A DNA stretch of 64,000 bases from the human T2T-CHM13v2.0 reference genome, Homo sapiens: assembly GCF_009914755.1 (NCBI RefSeq), contig NC_060926.1, one strand, 5' to 3'. Below the pieces are notes generated by a model. That model made no database searches, had not been told where the DNA came from, and saw only the letters and a list, made by a program, of their open reading frames with translations. Both the position numbers and the translations under genes were made by a program. Below are positions 1 through 12,233 of this stretch, in pieces. Each line of letters starts with the position of its first letter. The stretch's first letter is position 1.

Positions 1-234
1 TTGTCTCACTGCAACCTCCACCTCCCAGGCTCAAGCAATCCCCCTACCTCAGCCTCCCTAGCAGCTGGGACTACAAGCACGGCCACCACATCCAGCTAAT
101 TTTTGAATTTTTTTTGAGAAACAGGGTTTCACTATGTTGCCGAGGTTGGTCTCAAACTCCTGGGCTCAAGTTGTCTGCCCGCCTCAGCCTTCCAAAGTGC
201 TGGGATTATAGGCCATGAGCCAAAGCGCCTGGCC
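1..234 (-). mobile_element. AluJ-type SINE, partial (runs off the window edge)
   Basis: Reverse-complement Alu ending ...CAAAGTGCTGGGATTATAGG...CCTGGCC. Carries the AluJ-type CTCCTGGGCTCAAG. Confidence 0.93.
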
Positions 235-239
235 ATTTT

Positions 240-1775
240 TTTTAAATGATAGAAAATGCATCATGAATTTATACTGAAATTGGAGGTGATAGTATTTTTC
301 TTTAACCTCTTTCAATCTCATCGTCTATATCTCCTTTCTCCCAAGGTCCCTCTTCCCAATAAGACCACCAACATCATGGGTTTGCCACAATACATACACC
401 ACAGGCTCGGAGTAACATCAGCACTATCACCAACCACCAACAATATGATGACTGAAAACAGTTTGAGGCTTGTTTAGGAGACGAGTTTGTTCAGTTTTTG
501 TTTTTTCTTTTGTTCTTAGAGTGGTTATGCCACCAACTGAGTATTTCATGTTGGTTTGCATTTTTTAGGGATTGCTTTTTATAAATTTAACTTTGTTTTA
601 TTATTATGTAAAATATTACCTGGTTCTAAAGCTAAACCTACAAACAAAATCTAGTCAGAGTATTCAAGCTTCCCTCCCTTCTGCACCAGTGTCCACCTTA
701 TCTTTGTAAGTAACAATCCTTATTAGTTCTTTGTTTATCCTTCCTCTTAAAATATATATGAACAAATGTGTTTGTTTATTTGTGTTCACCTTTTGATGAC
801 CTTACTTTTCCCCACCTTGCTTTGTTTATGGAATAATATACCCTAGAGGCCACTCCATTGCTCACTTTTATAAAGATATTTTGCATTCCTTTTCTAAAAC
901 AATTTTTAGGTAAAATTTACATACCATGAAATTCACTCATCTGAAAGGTCCAGCTGGACAAGCGGTAGTATATTTTTAGAGTCATGCAGCCATTGCCACA
1001 ATCCAGGAAGGCCCCTCCTGCCTCTTTGCATCCAACCCTCTGGTCTCAGTGAGCTGCTCTCTCTGCACACTGCTATGAACAGTTGCGCGGTATCCCTCTG
1101 GAGGGATGTATCATAGTTTTTTCAGCCAGCTTATTGATGGGCATGTGGCTGTTTCTAGTCTTTTACTAATTAAATAATCCTTCAATGAATGCCCTGGTGC
1201 ACAGGTCTTGCTTAAATTTTTGCCATCATATCTTTGGAACAGATTCCTAGAAGAGTTTCTGAGTCAAATTGTAAATGAATATGTAATTCTTCTAAATAGT
1301 GCCAAATCCCCCTCTGAAGTATTTTATTCCCAGCAAAAAATGTTTGAATGTCTGTTTCACCACAGCCTCACCAACAGCATATGTTGTTAAACTTAGAAAT
1401 TGTATCTCAATATAGTTTCCATTTGCATTCATCTTACTGTCAAGGAAGTTGAGCATTTTTTCATGAGCCTAAGAGCCAACGCATGATGTTGGTAGTGTTA
1501 TTGGGAACAGAGACCCTCAGGATGGGAGAAAGGAGATAGAGACAATGAGACTGAAAGAAGTTAAAGAAAAATTCTATCATCCTGAATTTCAGTATAAATT
1601 CATGATGCTGTAAAAAAAAATCATTAAAATGCATCCCCACTGGAGGAGGCAGGGAAGCTTGAATAATCTGACTAGGTTTTGCTTTTTCTGTGAGATGTCA
1701 GCTCCTATCTCCTGCCCATTTCTCTAGTCTTTTTCTTGATTATTTTTAGAAACTGTTTATACATTAGGAATAGAT
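240..1775. mobile_element. Degraded old L1M fragments, mostly antisense
   Basis: T-rich sequence with motifs resembling reverse-complement L1M 3' regions, e.g. GTTTCCATTTGCATT...GTTGAGCATTTTTTCATG. Confidence 0.5.
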
Positions 1776-1776
1776 T

Positions 1777-2202
1777 TCAGGCAGGAGAATAGGTCTGGAG
1801 ACAGGGAACTTAAGACCAATTCGTGCTAACTTCCTAAAGCTGAATCAAGGGAAAACACCAAGGTCTGGGGGCAGGGAATCTGAGGCCAATTCCTGCTGAC
1901 TCCCTAAAAGGGAAAACACCTGGGGCTGGGGGCAGGGAACCTAAGGCCAATTAACTCCAAGATCCAAAAGCTAAACCAAAAGGAAAACCCCCATCTCCCC
2001 ACACCAAAGTAGCAAAAGATGAAAGGCTACTCTCCCTACAACCCTCCCCTTTCTACCACGTCTCAAATGGAAAGGGAGAGTGCCGTGGGATGGCTGTGAG
2101 CCAAGCAGGGGCCATCCCTTCATCTGCTTAGGGCACCAATTCACCTCAGCCTTTAATAAGCCACGGACCCAATCCTTTAGATAAGCGGTAGCACATAGGG
2201 AC
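1777..2202 (+). mobile_element. MER51-family ERV1 LTR, 5' part (interrupted by THE1D)
   Basis: Starts (T)CAGGCAGGAGAATAGGTCTGGAG. Three tandem units of GGGAAC(C)TAAGGCCAATT...GGAAAAC match the recalled MER51 U3. Confidence 0.8.
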
Positions 2203-4491
2203 TGTATTAGTCTGTTCTCACTCTGCTATAAAGAATTGCCTGAGACTGGGTAATTTATAAAGAAAAGAGGTCTAATTGACTCACAGTTCCACATGGCTGG
2301 AGAAGCCTCAGGAAACTTACAATCATGGCAGAAGCAGAAGCAGTCATGTCCTTCTTCACATGATGGCAGGAAGGAGAAGAATGAATGTTGAGCAAAGGGG
2401 GAAGCCCCTTATAAAACCATCAAAACTTGTGAAAATTCACTCGCTATCATGAGCACAGCAGCATGGGGATGACTGCCCCCATGATTCAGTTACCTCCCAC
2501 TGGGTCCCTCCCACGACACCTGGGGATTATGGGAGCGACAATTCAAGATGAGATTTGGGTGGGGACGCAGGCAAACCGTATCATTCCACCCTCGGTCCCT
2601 CCCAAATCTCATGTTCTCATGTTTTAAAACACAATCATGCCTTCCCAACAGGTCCCCAAGGTATTAACTCATTTCAGTACTAACCCAAAAGTCCAAGTCC
2701 ATAGACTCATCTGAGATAAGGGCAAGTCCCTTCCACCTATGACCCTGTAAAATCAAAAGCAAGTTAGTTACTTCCTAGATACAATGGGGATACAGGCATT
2801 GGGAAAAATATGTCCCTTTCAAAGGGAGAAATTGGCCAAAACAAAGGGGCTAGAGGCCCTTTGCAAGTCCAAAATCCAACAGGGCAATCATTAAGCCTTA
2901 AAGTTCCATAATGATCTCCTTTGAGGCCATGTCTCACATCCATGGAATGCTGTTGCAAGAGGTGGGCTCCCATGGCCTTGGGCAGCTCCACTCCTGTGGC
3001 TTCACAGGATACAGGCCCCCTCCTGACTGCTTTCACTGGCTGGTGTTGAGTGTCTGCAGCTTTTCCAGGCACATGGTGCAAGCTGTTGGTGGATTTATCA
3101 TTCTGGGATCTGGAGGACGGTGGCCCTCTTCTCACAGCTCCACTAGGCAGTGCCCCAGTGGGGACTCTGTGTGGGGGCTTCCACCCCACATTTCCCTTCT
3201 GCACTGCCCTAACAGAGGTTCTCCATAAAGGCTCTGCCCCTGCAGCAAACTTTTGCCTAGATACCCAGGCATGTCCATATATCCTCTGAAATCTAGGTGG
3301 AGGTTCCCAAACCTCAGTTCTTGACTTCTGTGTACCTGCAGGCTCAACACCATCTGTAAGCCACCAAGGCTTGGAGCTTACACTCTCTGAAGCAAGGACC
3401 TGAACCATAGGTTGGCCCTTTTTAGTCACATCTGGAGCTGAAAAACCTGGGACACAGGGTACCATGTTCTGAGGCTGCATAGAGCAGGGGGGCTCTGGGC
3501 CCAACCCACAAAATCATTTCTTCCTCCTAAGCCTCTGGACCTGTGATGGGAGGGGCTGTCATGAAAGTCTCTGACATTCCCTGGAGACATTTTCCCCATT
3601 GTCTTGGTGATTAACATTTGGCTCTTCATTATTTATGCAAATTTTTGAAGCTGGCTTGAATTTCTCCCCAGAAAAAGGGTTGTTCTTTTCTATCACATCA
3701 TCAGGCTGCAAATTTTCCAAAAACATTTATACCCCACTTCTTGAATGCTTTGCTGCTTAGAAATTTCTTCTGCCAGAGACCTTAAATCATCTCTCTCGAG
3801 GTCAAAGTCCCACAGATCTCTTAAGCAGGGGCAAAAAGCTGCCAGTCTGTTTGCTAAAGCATAGCAAGAGTCATCTTTGCTCCAGTTCCCAACAAGTTCC
3901 TCATCTCCATCTGAGACCACCTCAGCCTGGACTTCATTGTACATATCACTATCAGCATTTTGGTCAAAGCCATTCAACAAGTCTCTAGGAAGTTCCAAAC
4001 TTTCCCACATTTTCCTGTCTTCTTCTGAGCCCTCCGTTTAAAACTGTTCCAACCTTTGCCTGTTACCCAGTTCCAAAGTCACTTTTACATTTTCAGGTAT
4101 CTTTATAGCAGCGCCCACTCTCTGTGGTACCAATTTACTGTATTAGTTTGTTCTCACACTGCTATAAAGAAATACCCAAGACTGGGTAATTTATAAAGAA
4201 AAGAGATTTAATTGACTCACAGTTCTGCATGGCTGGGGAGGCCTTAGAAAACTTACAATTATGGTAGAAGGGGAAGCAAACACATCCTTCTTCACATGAT
4301 GGCAGCAAGGAGAAGTGCTGAGAAAAGAGGGAAAAGCCCCTTATAAAACCATCAGATCTCATGAGAACTCACTATCACAAGAACAGCAGCATGGGGGTAA
4401 CCACTCCCATGATTCAATTACCTCCAACTGGGGATTATGGGTACTACAATTCAAGATGGGATTTGGGTGGGGACACAGCCAAACCGTATCA
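2203..4491 (-). mobile_element. Full-length THE1D-like MaLR (LTR 2203-2583, internal 2584-4138, LTR 4139-4491)
   Basis: Both LTRs run TGTATTAG...TATCA. Perfect 5-bp TSD GGGAC at 2198-2202 and 4492-4496. MaLR internal ORF remnants lie on the minus strand. Confidence 0.95.
2764..4010 (-). pseudogene. Disrupted MaLR internal ORF
   Basis: ORF pieces MWESLELPRDLLNGFDQNADSD... and ...EVWEPPPRFQR.... Homologous peptides recur at 20290 and 23046-24178. Broken by frameshifts and stops. Confidence 0.85.
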
Positions 4492-4724
4492 GGGACCTCA
4501 AAAGGAGTACTTAAAACCCAGAAAACTTTGTAACCAGGCCCTTGAGCTGCTTGCTCGGGCCTACTCCCACCCTGTGGTGTGCTTTCTTGCTTTAATAAAT
4601 CCTTGCTTTTGTTGCTTCATTCCTGTGTTTCATTCGTTTGTTACTTTGTGTGTTTTGTCCAATTCTTTGTTAAAAATGCCAAGGACCTGGACAACTCACA
4701 CTCAAGGCCCTCCTTCCAGTAACA
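4492..4724 (+). mobile_element. MER51-family LTR, 3' part
   Basis: Resumes after the THE1D TSD, contains AATAAA (~4594) and ends ...CCAGTAACA. Possible TSD ATTT at 1774-1777 and 4725-4728. Confidence 0.8.
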
Positions 4725-4729
4725 ATTTT

Positions 4730-6885
4730 ATTGTGTGTTATACATTGCAAGTAGTTACCCCAGTCTGTTATTTATCCATTTTATTTTCTAAAATTATTTT
4801 TTTATGTGAAATAAAAAGATTTTGTTTTTATGTAGTCAATAATCTTTTCCCTTATTTCATCTGGATTTTAAGTCAGTAGAAGCTTCCTCAATTCTGGTTA
4901 GAGAGGAATTGGCTCATATTTGCTTCTAGTGTTGGTATGGTTTCTTTCTATCTTTTTTAACATTCATTTTATGATTTGTTTTTATTGATTGTGATACACA
5001 GTTTGGGGAACAAATTTGATTTTATATTTTCCATATGACTTTCTTAATAGCTTATATATTAGAAAGCCCATTTTAGTCCCACTGATTTAAGGTGACATCT
5101 TTATCCTATACTACATTTGTTTATGTAATTGGGGCTATTTATGAACCTTCTATTTTGTTCCGTTGGTTAGTCAATCATGCACAAATGTCACAGTATTTTA
5201 ATGATAGGGACTTTATATCTTAAACTGCTGTTTTCTTTGATTAATCACCTTTAAATATTTATTAACTCCCTATTAAGAAAAAGAAGGCTTTGGCTAATTT
5301 ATCCCTCATTTCTTATTCCTCTTCCCAACTTTTCACAATTATATATTTTTATTATTTTATTGGTTACATTTTAAATTAAAGGTTGATTCTTAAAATAACA
5401 TTTTGATATCAACTTTATGGAGGCATAATTTACATACAATAAAATGTAACCATTTAAAATGTACGTTTTGATGAGTTTTGACAACATATACCTATGTAAC
5501 TACCAAGACTATAGAAATAAACAACATGTAGACATTGTTTTCAGTTGCATCCAATTTAGTCAGCCTGTGCTAACTCCTCATGGAATGAGATGTGTGCATT
5601 AGCCCCACACCCCCTCCCTTTGCCACTTCTTTCCCTTTTCCACCTCTCAAATTCTAACTTTATGATTTCACACTTGATAACTTTTGAATTTTGTTCTGTT
5701 ACTATATTTAAAGTTATTTAAAGATATTTATATGAAAGTTGCAAGTAGATACATAGTATTTACATTATTCTAATTCTACATATTATTCTCTACCTAGTCA
5801 AGGGGTTGCTAGAATTACCTTTCCCTCTACAACCAAACGTTATGATCTCTATACCACTGAGAGGAAGGTATATCTGATATCTGGATCAAATGAATGATCT
5901 TTTCCTTTATTTTAATTGCTCAAATCTTGGTTGACATTTTAAGCATGGTTTTTCTAAGTAGCATGTTTTTTCCAAGTAGCATGTTTTTCCTAGAATCCTG
6001 AAGTAGTTTTAAAAAAGATATCTTCATCTTATCTTCAAAATCATCCAATTTTTCACTGATATTACCCATTGAATGCAATCCACTTTTCTTAGCAACATCC
6101 CTTCTAGACCACTGCCACTTCCTGTTCCAGCCTGGATTGGTTGCTATCTAGGACTGCTGGCCAGATATCATTCTGGAAATTCCCTTCACTGATCACTTCT
6201 CCTCCCCCTACCTGGGTTAGATTTCAAGTGTGTTCTGAATTTCACTTCCTTCTCTTTTTTTGTTTTCCTTCCTTATTTTCTTGAAGCACATCCTTGAGTA
6301 ACTTCCGTAGAAAAGGTACATGGGAGGAAAACTTTAAGTCCTGTCTTTCTGAAAATGTCTATATTCATTCCATTTCACATAATTAATTGATAGTTTACCT
6401 GGGAATAAAATTATATATTAACATAAGCTTCCCATAGAATTGTGAAGATATTGTTCCATTGTCTTCTATCACTTGATTGGTGCTGACGTGAGGATTCCTA
6501 CCAGAAAGACTTATTACTTTGTACTTGGAAATTTTGCCCTCTGGAAGCATCTAGCATTAAAAATAAACATCTTTGGTGTTCTGAATGCTTTCATTACATT
6601 TGGATTCATTTATTGGATTTTTTTCAATTATCCTAGTTGACATTTAGTAGTCTCTTTTAACCTGAAGTATTCTGATCTATCCCTACTTTCACTAACTCTG
6701 ACACTGCAGGATCTCCTATTAGTTGGTTGTTCTACCTGGTAGATTGACTCTTTTTCTCTTTATCTTTTTGACTAAAGTTTATGACACTGTCTTTCTGCTT
6801 GTTTACTGAAAAATCTTGACTTTGACTTTCAGCCTGTCTACTCATTTATGTTTTCATTTGGTAATCATAATTTTATTTCTTTAAG
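4730..6885 (-). mobile_element. Degraded L1ME/L1M fragments, antisense
   Basis: Very T-rich sequence with reverse-complement L1M ORF2/ORF1-like motifs. Confidence 0.55.
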
Positions 6886-7889
6886 CTCCAGAAAAGGCAT
6901 CAGGTAATGATAGAAATACATGTTCCAGACCACCAAAAACAATTAGAAATGCTGTAAAAAATCCCCACCCCTAAAAAAATTTATTTGAAAGCATTGGAGA
7001 GTCACTCATGAGGACTGGACTTAAGGGGATACCAGAGGGAAGGAAGGGCATAGGAGTGAGCCCTACATTCCGTAGTGTGTCTACCTGTGAGAGGTTTGCT
7101 AATTTGAAAGTGGTGTGGGCCAAAGAGCAGGAAATAGCAGCTAATAAGCCTGGGAACGTGAGTTCAGCTTTCAGTAGCCTTGTAGTAAGTGAGGAAACAA
7201 AACATAGATGTCAGAGCTCCCAAGGAGGCCAAGACTTGGAAGTCTAAGATCCCAGAGAAAGAGAAGCCAAATTGAGACGAACCAACATTTTTTTCCACCA
7301 TGGACAGTATGAATTCAAGAGCTAAAAACCTGGAAAATAATGAAGAGTTTTGGTAGTCACATAAGTCTGGGGAGGCAAAACTTTAGTGAAGAGCCCACTT
7401 AGAAGGTGGGGCTCTGGTATATACCCCAGGTTTTCTATTAATATCATGAAAAGGGTGCAACCTAGGATTAAAGGGCAAGGCAGAAAAAAGCCAGCTCTCC
7501 TTCAGAATTAAAACCTAATTTTGAATCAACTCAGTCTCAGACTGGATAAGGTGTCCCACCTCTACTTTAACTGCCTGCCAGGGGCCAAAATCGATTCTCT
7601 GTGGAGGATGATAATGTTAGCGAACCTCAAATTTTGTCTATAATTTTTCATATACAATATCCAGCATGCAATAAAAAATTATCAGACATCCCAAGGAATG
7701 GCAAAAATTAACAAGTAAGAAAATACTCTAGAAAGAAACCTGCAGGTGATACAGATACTGGAGTTATATTGGAATATTTAATTATTATGTTAAAATAAGT
7801 GAAAAGATTGAAAATTTATGCAGAGAAATGTAATCAATGAGATAGAATCAAATGGAAATTTGATAACAGAAATTACTGTTAAAGTTTCA

Positions 7890-8205
7890 GGCCAGGTGCA
7901 ATGGCTCACGCCTGTAATCCCAGCATTTTAGGAGGCTGAGACGGGGAGATCACGAGGTCAGAAGTTCGAGTGAAACCCCGTCTCTACTAAAGATACAAAA
8001 AATTAGCCAGGCATGGTGGTGTGCACCTGTAATCCCAGCCACTCGGGAGGCTGAGGCAGAGAATTGCTTGAACCCGAGAGGTGGAGGTTGCAGTGAACCG
8101 AGATCACACCATTGCACTCCAGCCTGTGCGACACAGGGAGACTCCATCTCAAAAACAAAACAAAACAAATCAAAACAAAACAAAACAAAACAAAACAAAA
8201 CCAAC
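7890..8205 (+). mobile_element. AluS with a ~19-bp internal deletion and (CAAAA)n tail
   Basis: Starts GGCCAGGTGCAATGGCTCACGCC and lacks ACCAGCCTGGCCAACATGG. TSD AAAGTTTC at 7881-7888 and 8206-8213. Confidence 0.95.
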
Positions 8206-8213
8206 AAAGTTTC

Positions 8214-9192
8214 GTGAATGTGAAAAGACAACCTGTAGAATGGAAGAAAATATTTGCAAGTCATATATTTGTAAAGGGGTTAATATCCAGAATATACAAA
8301 GAACTTTTATAACTCAACTACAAGGCACAAACAAAAAATTGTTTAAAAAACAGGCAAAGAAATTTAATAGATATTTCTTCAAAACTGATACACAAATGGC
8401 CAAGAAGCATGTGAAAAAGTGTTTAACACTGCTAATCTTTACAGAAATGCAAATCCAAACCACAATGAAATACCACTTCTCACACATTAGTATGGCTATT
8501 CTTAAAGCAAAAAATAACAAATTTGGGCAAGGATTTGGAGAAGTTGGAATACTCGTGCACTGTTGGTGGAAATGTAAAATAGTTCAGCCACTAAAGAAAA
8601 CGGCTTGGCAGTTTCTTAAAAACTTAAGCACATAATTAGCATATGATCCAGCAATTCCACTTCTGGGTACATACCCAAAAGAACCAAAAGCAAGCTATCA
8701 AAGGAATATTTGTACACCCATGTTCATAGCAGCATTATTCACAGTAGCCAAAATGCAGAAGCAACCTAAGTGTCCATCAACAGATGAATGTATAAACAAA
8801 ATGTGGTCTATCCAACAATGGAATATCATTCAGCCTTAAAAAGGAATGAAATTCTGGCTCATGTTACAACATGGATGAACCTCAAGGACACTATGCTAAG
8901 TAAAATAAGACAGTTACAAAATGACAATTAATGTATGATTTCACTTATATATGGTGTAGTCAAATTCATAGAGGCAGAAAGTAGAATGGTGGTTGCCAGG
9001 CGCTGGGGGAGGAGAAAATGGAGAGTTGTTCAATGGTTATAGTTTCAGTTCTGCAAGATGAATGGTTATAGTTTCAGTTCCTGGAGGTTTGGTTGCACAA
9101 CAATGTGAATGTACTTAACATTATTGAACACTTACAAATAGTTACGATGATAAGTTTTGTTGTATGTTTTAAAAAGAAAATAAATTAAAAAG
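8214..9192 (+). mobile_element. L1MB-type 3' end (ORF2 C-terminus and 3'UTR)
   Basis: Peptide ...EMQIQTTMKYHF...LVHCWWKCKIVQPL. The 3'UTR has GTCAAATTCATAGAGGCAGAAAGTAGAATGGTGGTTGCCAGG, followed by an A-rich tail. Confidence 0.88.
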
Positions 9193-9564
9193 TTAAAACT
9201 CACCTCTACAGATGGGCTTAACAGCAGATTAGGTATAGCAAGATAAAGGAGTAGTGAGCTGAAAGCAAGGTCAATAGAAAATATACAGAATGAATCACAG
9301 AGAGAAATAAAGAGTGGAAAACACAGAAAAGAGAATAAGAGACATATGAGACACAGTCCCAAAATCTAACATTGGTGGATACTGAAGTCTCAAAAGAAGA
9401 GGAAAATGAAAATGGGGCAAAAGCTATATTTGAAGAGGCTTTAGACAATGATTTTTCTAAACTGATAAAAGACATTAAGCGATAAATTCAGGAAGCTCTA
9501 TAATCCTTAAGTTGGACAATAAACAAAGAAACACACACATGAAAACATCATTAAAAATTTGCTG

Positions 9565-10547
9565 AAAATCACTGATCCTTTTACTGTCTACATAGGTTTG
9601 ACTTTCCCAGAATATCACAGAGTTGGAATCACACAATACATAATCTTTTCAGACTGGTTTATCAGCAATTTCAGGTTCCTCAATGGCTTTTTGTGGCTTG
9701 ATAGCTCATTTTCATATTGGGGAATAATGTTCCATTGTGTGGATGGGCCACATTTTCTTTATCTGTTCATCTCTTGAAGAACATTTGGGTTGTTTTCAAT
9801 TTTTGGCAATTATGGATAAAGCCCTGTAAATATTTCCGTGTAGATTTTTGTGTAGACATTAAGTTTTCAACTCATTTAAGTAAATACCAAGAAATATGAT
9901 TGCTGGATAGTAAAGTATGTTTAACTTGTAAAATCAAAAACAAACAGAAAAAAACCACTACCAAACTATTTTCCGAAGTGGCTGCACTATTTTGCTTTCC
10001 CACCAACAACGACTGAGAGTTCCTCTTGCTCCACATCCTCACCAGCATTGGTCTTCTTGGAGTTTTGGATTTAGCCATTCTAACAGGTGTGAGGTTGTTT
10101 TTCATTGTTAATGGTATCCTGTTTCTGAGTTCCACATATTTATGTTTTGTATATAAAAATGTGATTGATAATTATGTGTTTATCTTGTATCCCACAACAT
10201 TTCTGAATTTACTACTCCCAGGAAATTTTAGTGTAGATTCATTGGGGTTTCCATGTAGTCAACTCTGTTATCTGCAAATAGGAACAGTTTTATTTCTTCC
10301 TTTTAAAACTGTATGCCTTTTATTTCTTTTTATAGCCTAACAGCAGTGATTAGAGTTTTAGTACAATGCTGAACAAGAGTAGTGAGAGTGGATATCCTTA
10401 CCTTGCCCTTAATTGCAGGGGAAAATATTCAGCCTTTCGCCATTAAATACAATGTAGTTTGTAGATATTTGTAGGCATTCTTCATCAAGTTGGATTAGTT
10501 TCTCTCTATTTCTATCTTATTGAGAATTTTAATCACAAATGGGTATT
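9565..10547 (-). mobile_element. L1M(C/B) antisense: 3'UTR/ORF2 end joined to an RT-region piece
   Basis: Minus-strand peptide LTPVRMAK...MLVRMW. 10100-10547 matches the reverse complement of the ORF2 RT region. Confidence 0.75.
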
Positions 10548-11079
10548 GCTAAAGCAGTGGTTAGAGAAAAAAATAGGTAGTATTAAAGCTTCTATTAGAA
10601 AAGAAAGTTTCTTCCACCCTATTGAACTAGAAATATTAGAGCAAATTAAACCCAAAGCAAGCAAAAGGAAAGAAATAATAAGGGTAGGAGCAGAAATCAA
10701 TGAAATGAAAAACAGAAAGAATAGAAAAAAATAAATACAGCAAAAGGCTGGTTTATTGAAAAAAATTAATATAATGTATAGACTTCTAGCAATACTGACC
10801 AAGAAAAAAAAAGAAAGAACACACAAATGATCAATATTAAGAAATAGTGGATATCACTAGAAACCTCACAGATATTAGAAGCATAATCAAGGAATTTTAT
10901 AACCAAAATATGATCATACATTTGAAAACCTATTCAAATTTGGGTTTTTGAATTCAAAATTCAAAAAAACCAATTTTTTGAAAGACAAAAGCTACCAACA
11001 TTCAAGAAGAAATATAACAACCTGAATGGTCCTATATCTACTAAAGAAATTGAACTTGTTGTTGAAAAATCTTTCCACA
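10548..11079 (+). mobile_element. L1M ORF2 fragment, sense
   Basis: Starts GCTAAAGCAGTG. Peptide QIKPKASKRKEIIRVGAEINEMKNRK is the post-endonuclease region. Confidence 0.8.
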
Positions 11080-11361
11080 AACCAGAACAAAGACTAAGAA
11101 AAAAACTGTACAAAACTATACACCCAAACATTATAAATAGGTCAAGATCAAATTCTAAAAATAAACAAACATAAAAACAATTCTAAACATAATTCTACAA
11201 TTCTAAACAATTTACAATTCTAAACAATTCTAAAAATAAACAAACATAAAAACTGTAAATCGCCCTCATGAAGACAAAAGAGAAACAGGAATGAGAAACA
11301 GAGGATACAAACAAAAAACAAGTAATAAAATGGCACACAATAGCTCTAATATAAATTACTA

Positions 11362-12233
<872 letters not shown>

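Larger units (their letters stand above)
6890..9560 (+). mobile_element. Old L1M 5'UTR/ORF1 remnant, interrupted by an Alu and an L1MB 3' end
   Basis: A-rich ORF1-like sequence (GATGGGCTTAACAGCAGATTAG...GTCAATAGAAAAT...) lies on both sides of the 7890-9190 insertions. Confidence 0.6.

Noticed and set aside
1800-1990. Three spaced direct repeats resembling a CRISPR-like array
   Set aside because: They are degenerate tandem units of the MER51 LTR in primate DNA, with no unique spacers and no cas genes.
2764-3504. Longest ORF (246 aa) as a domesticated gene
   Set aside because: It is a fragment of the MaLR internal ORF. The upstream part is broken and nothing in the sequence indicates selection.
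5942-5992. Short ~19-bp tandem repeat (AGTAGCATGTTTTT...)
   Set aside because: A small degenerate slippage repeat in old L1 sequence with nothing further to support.
8081-8635. 184-aa ORF
   Set aside because: It reads through an Alu tail into a frameshifted L1 ORF2 end.
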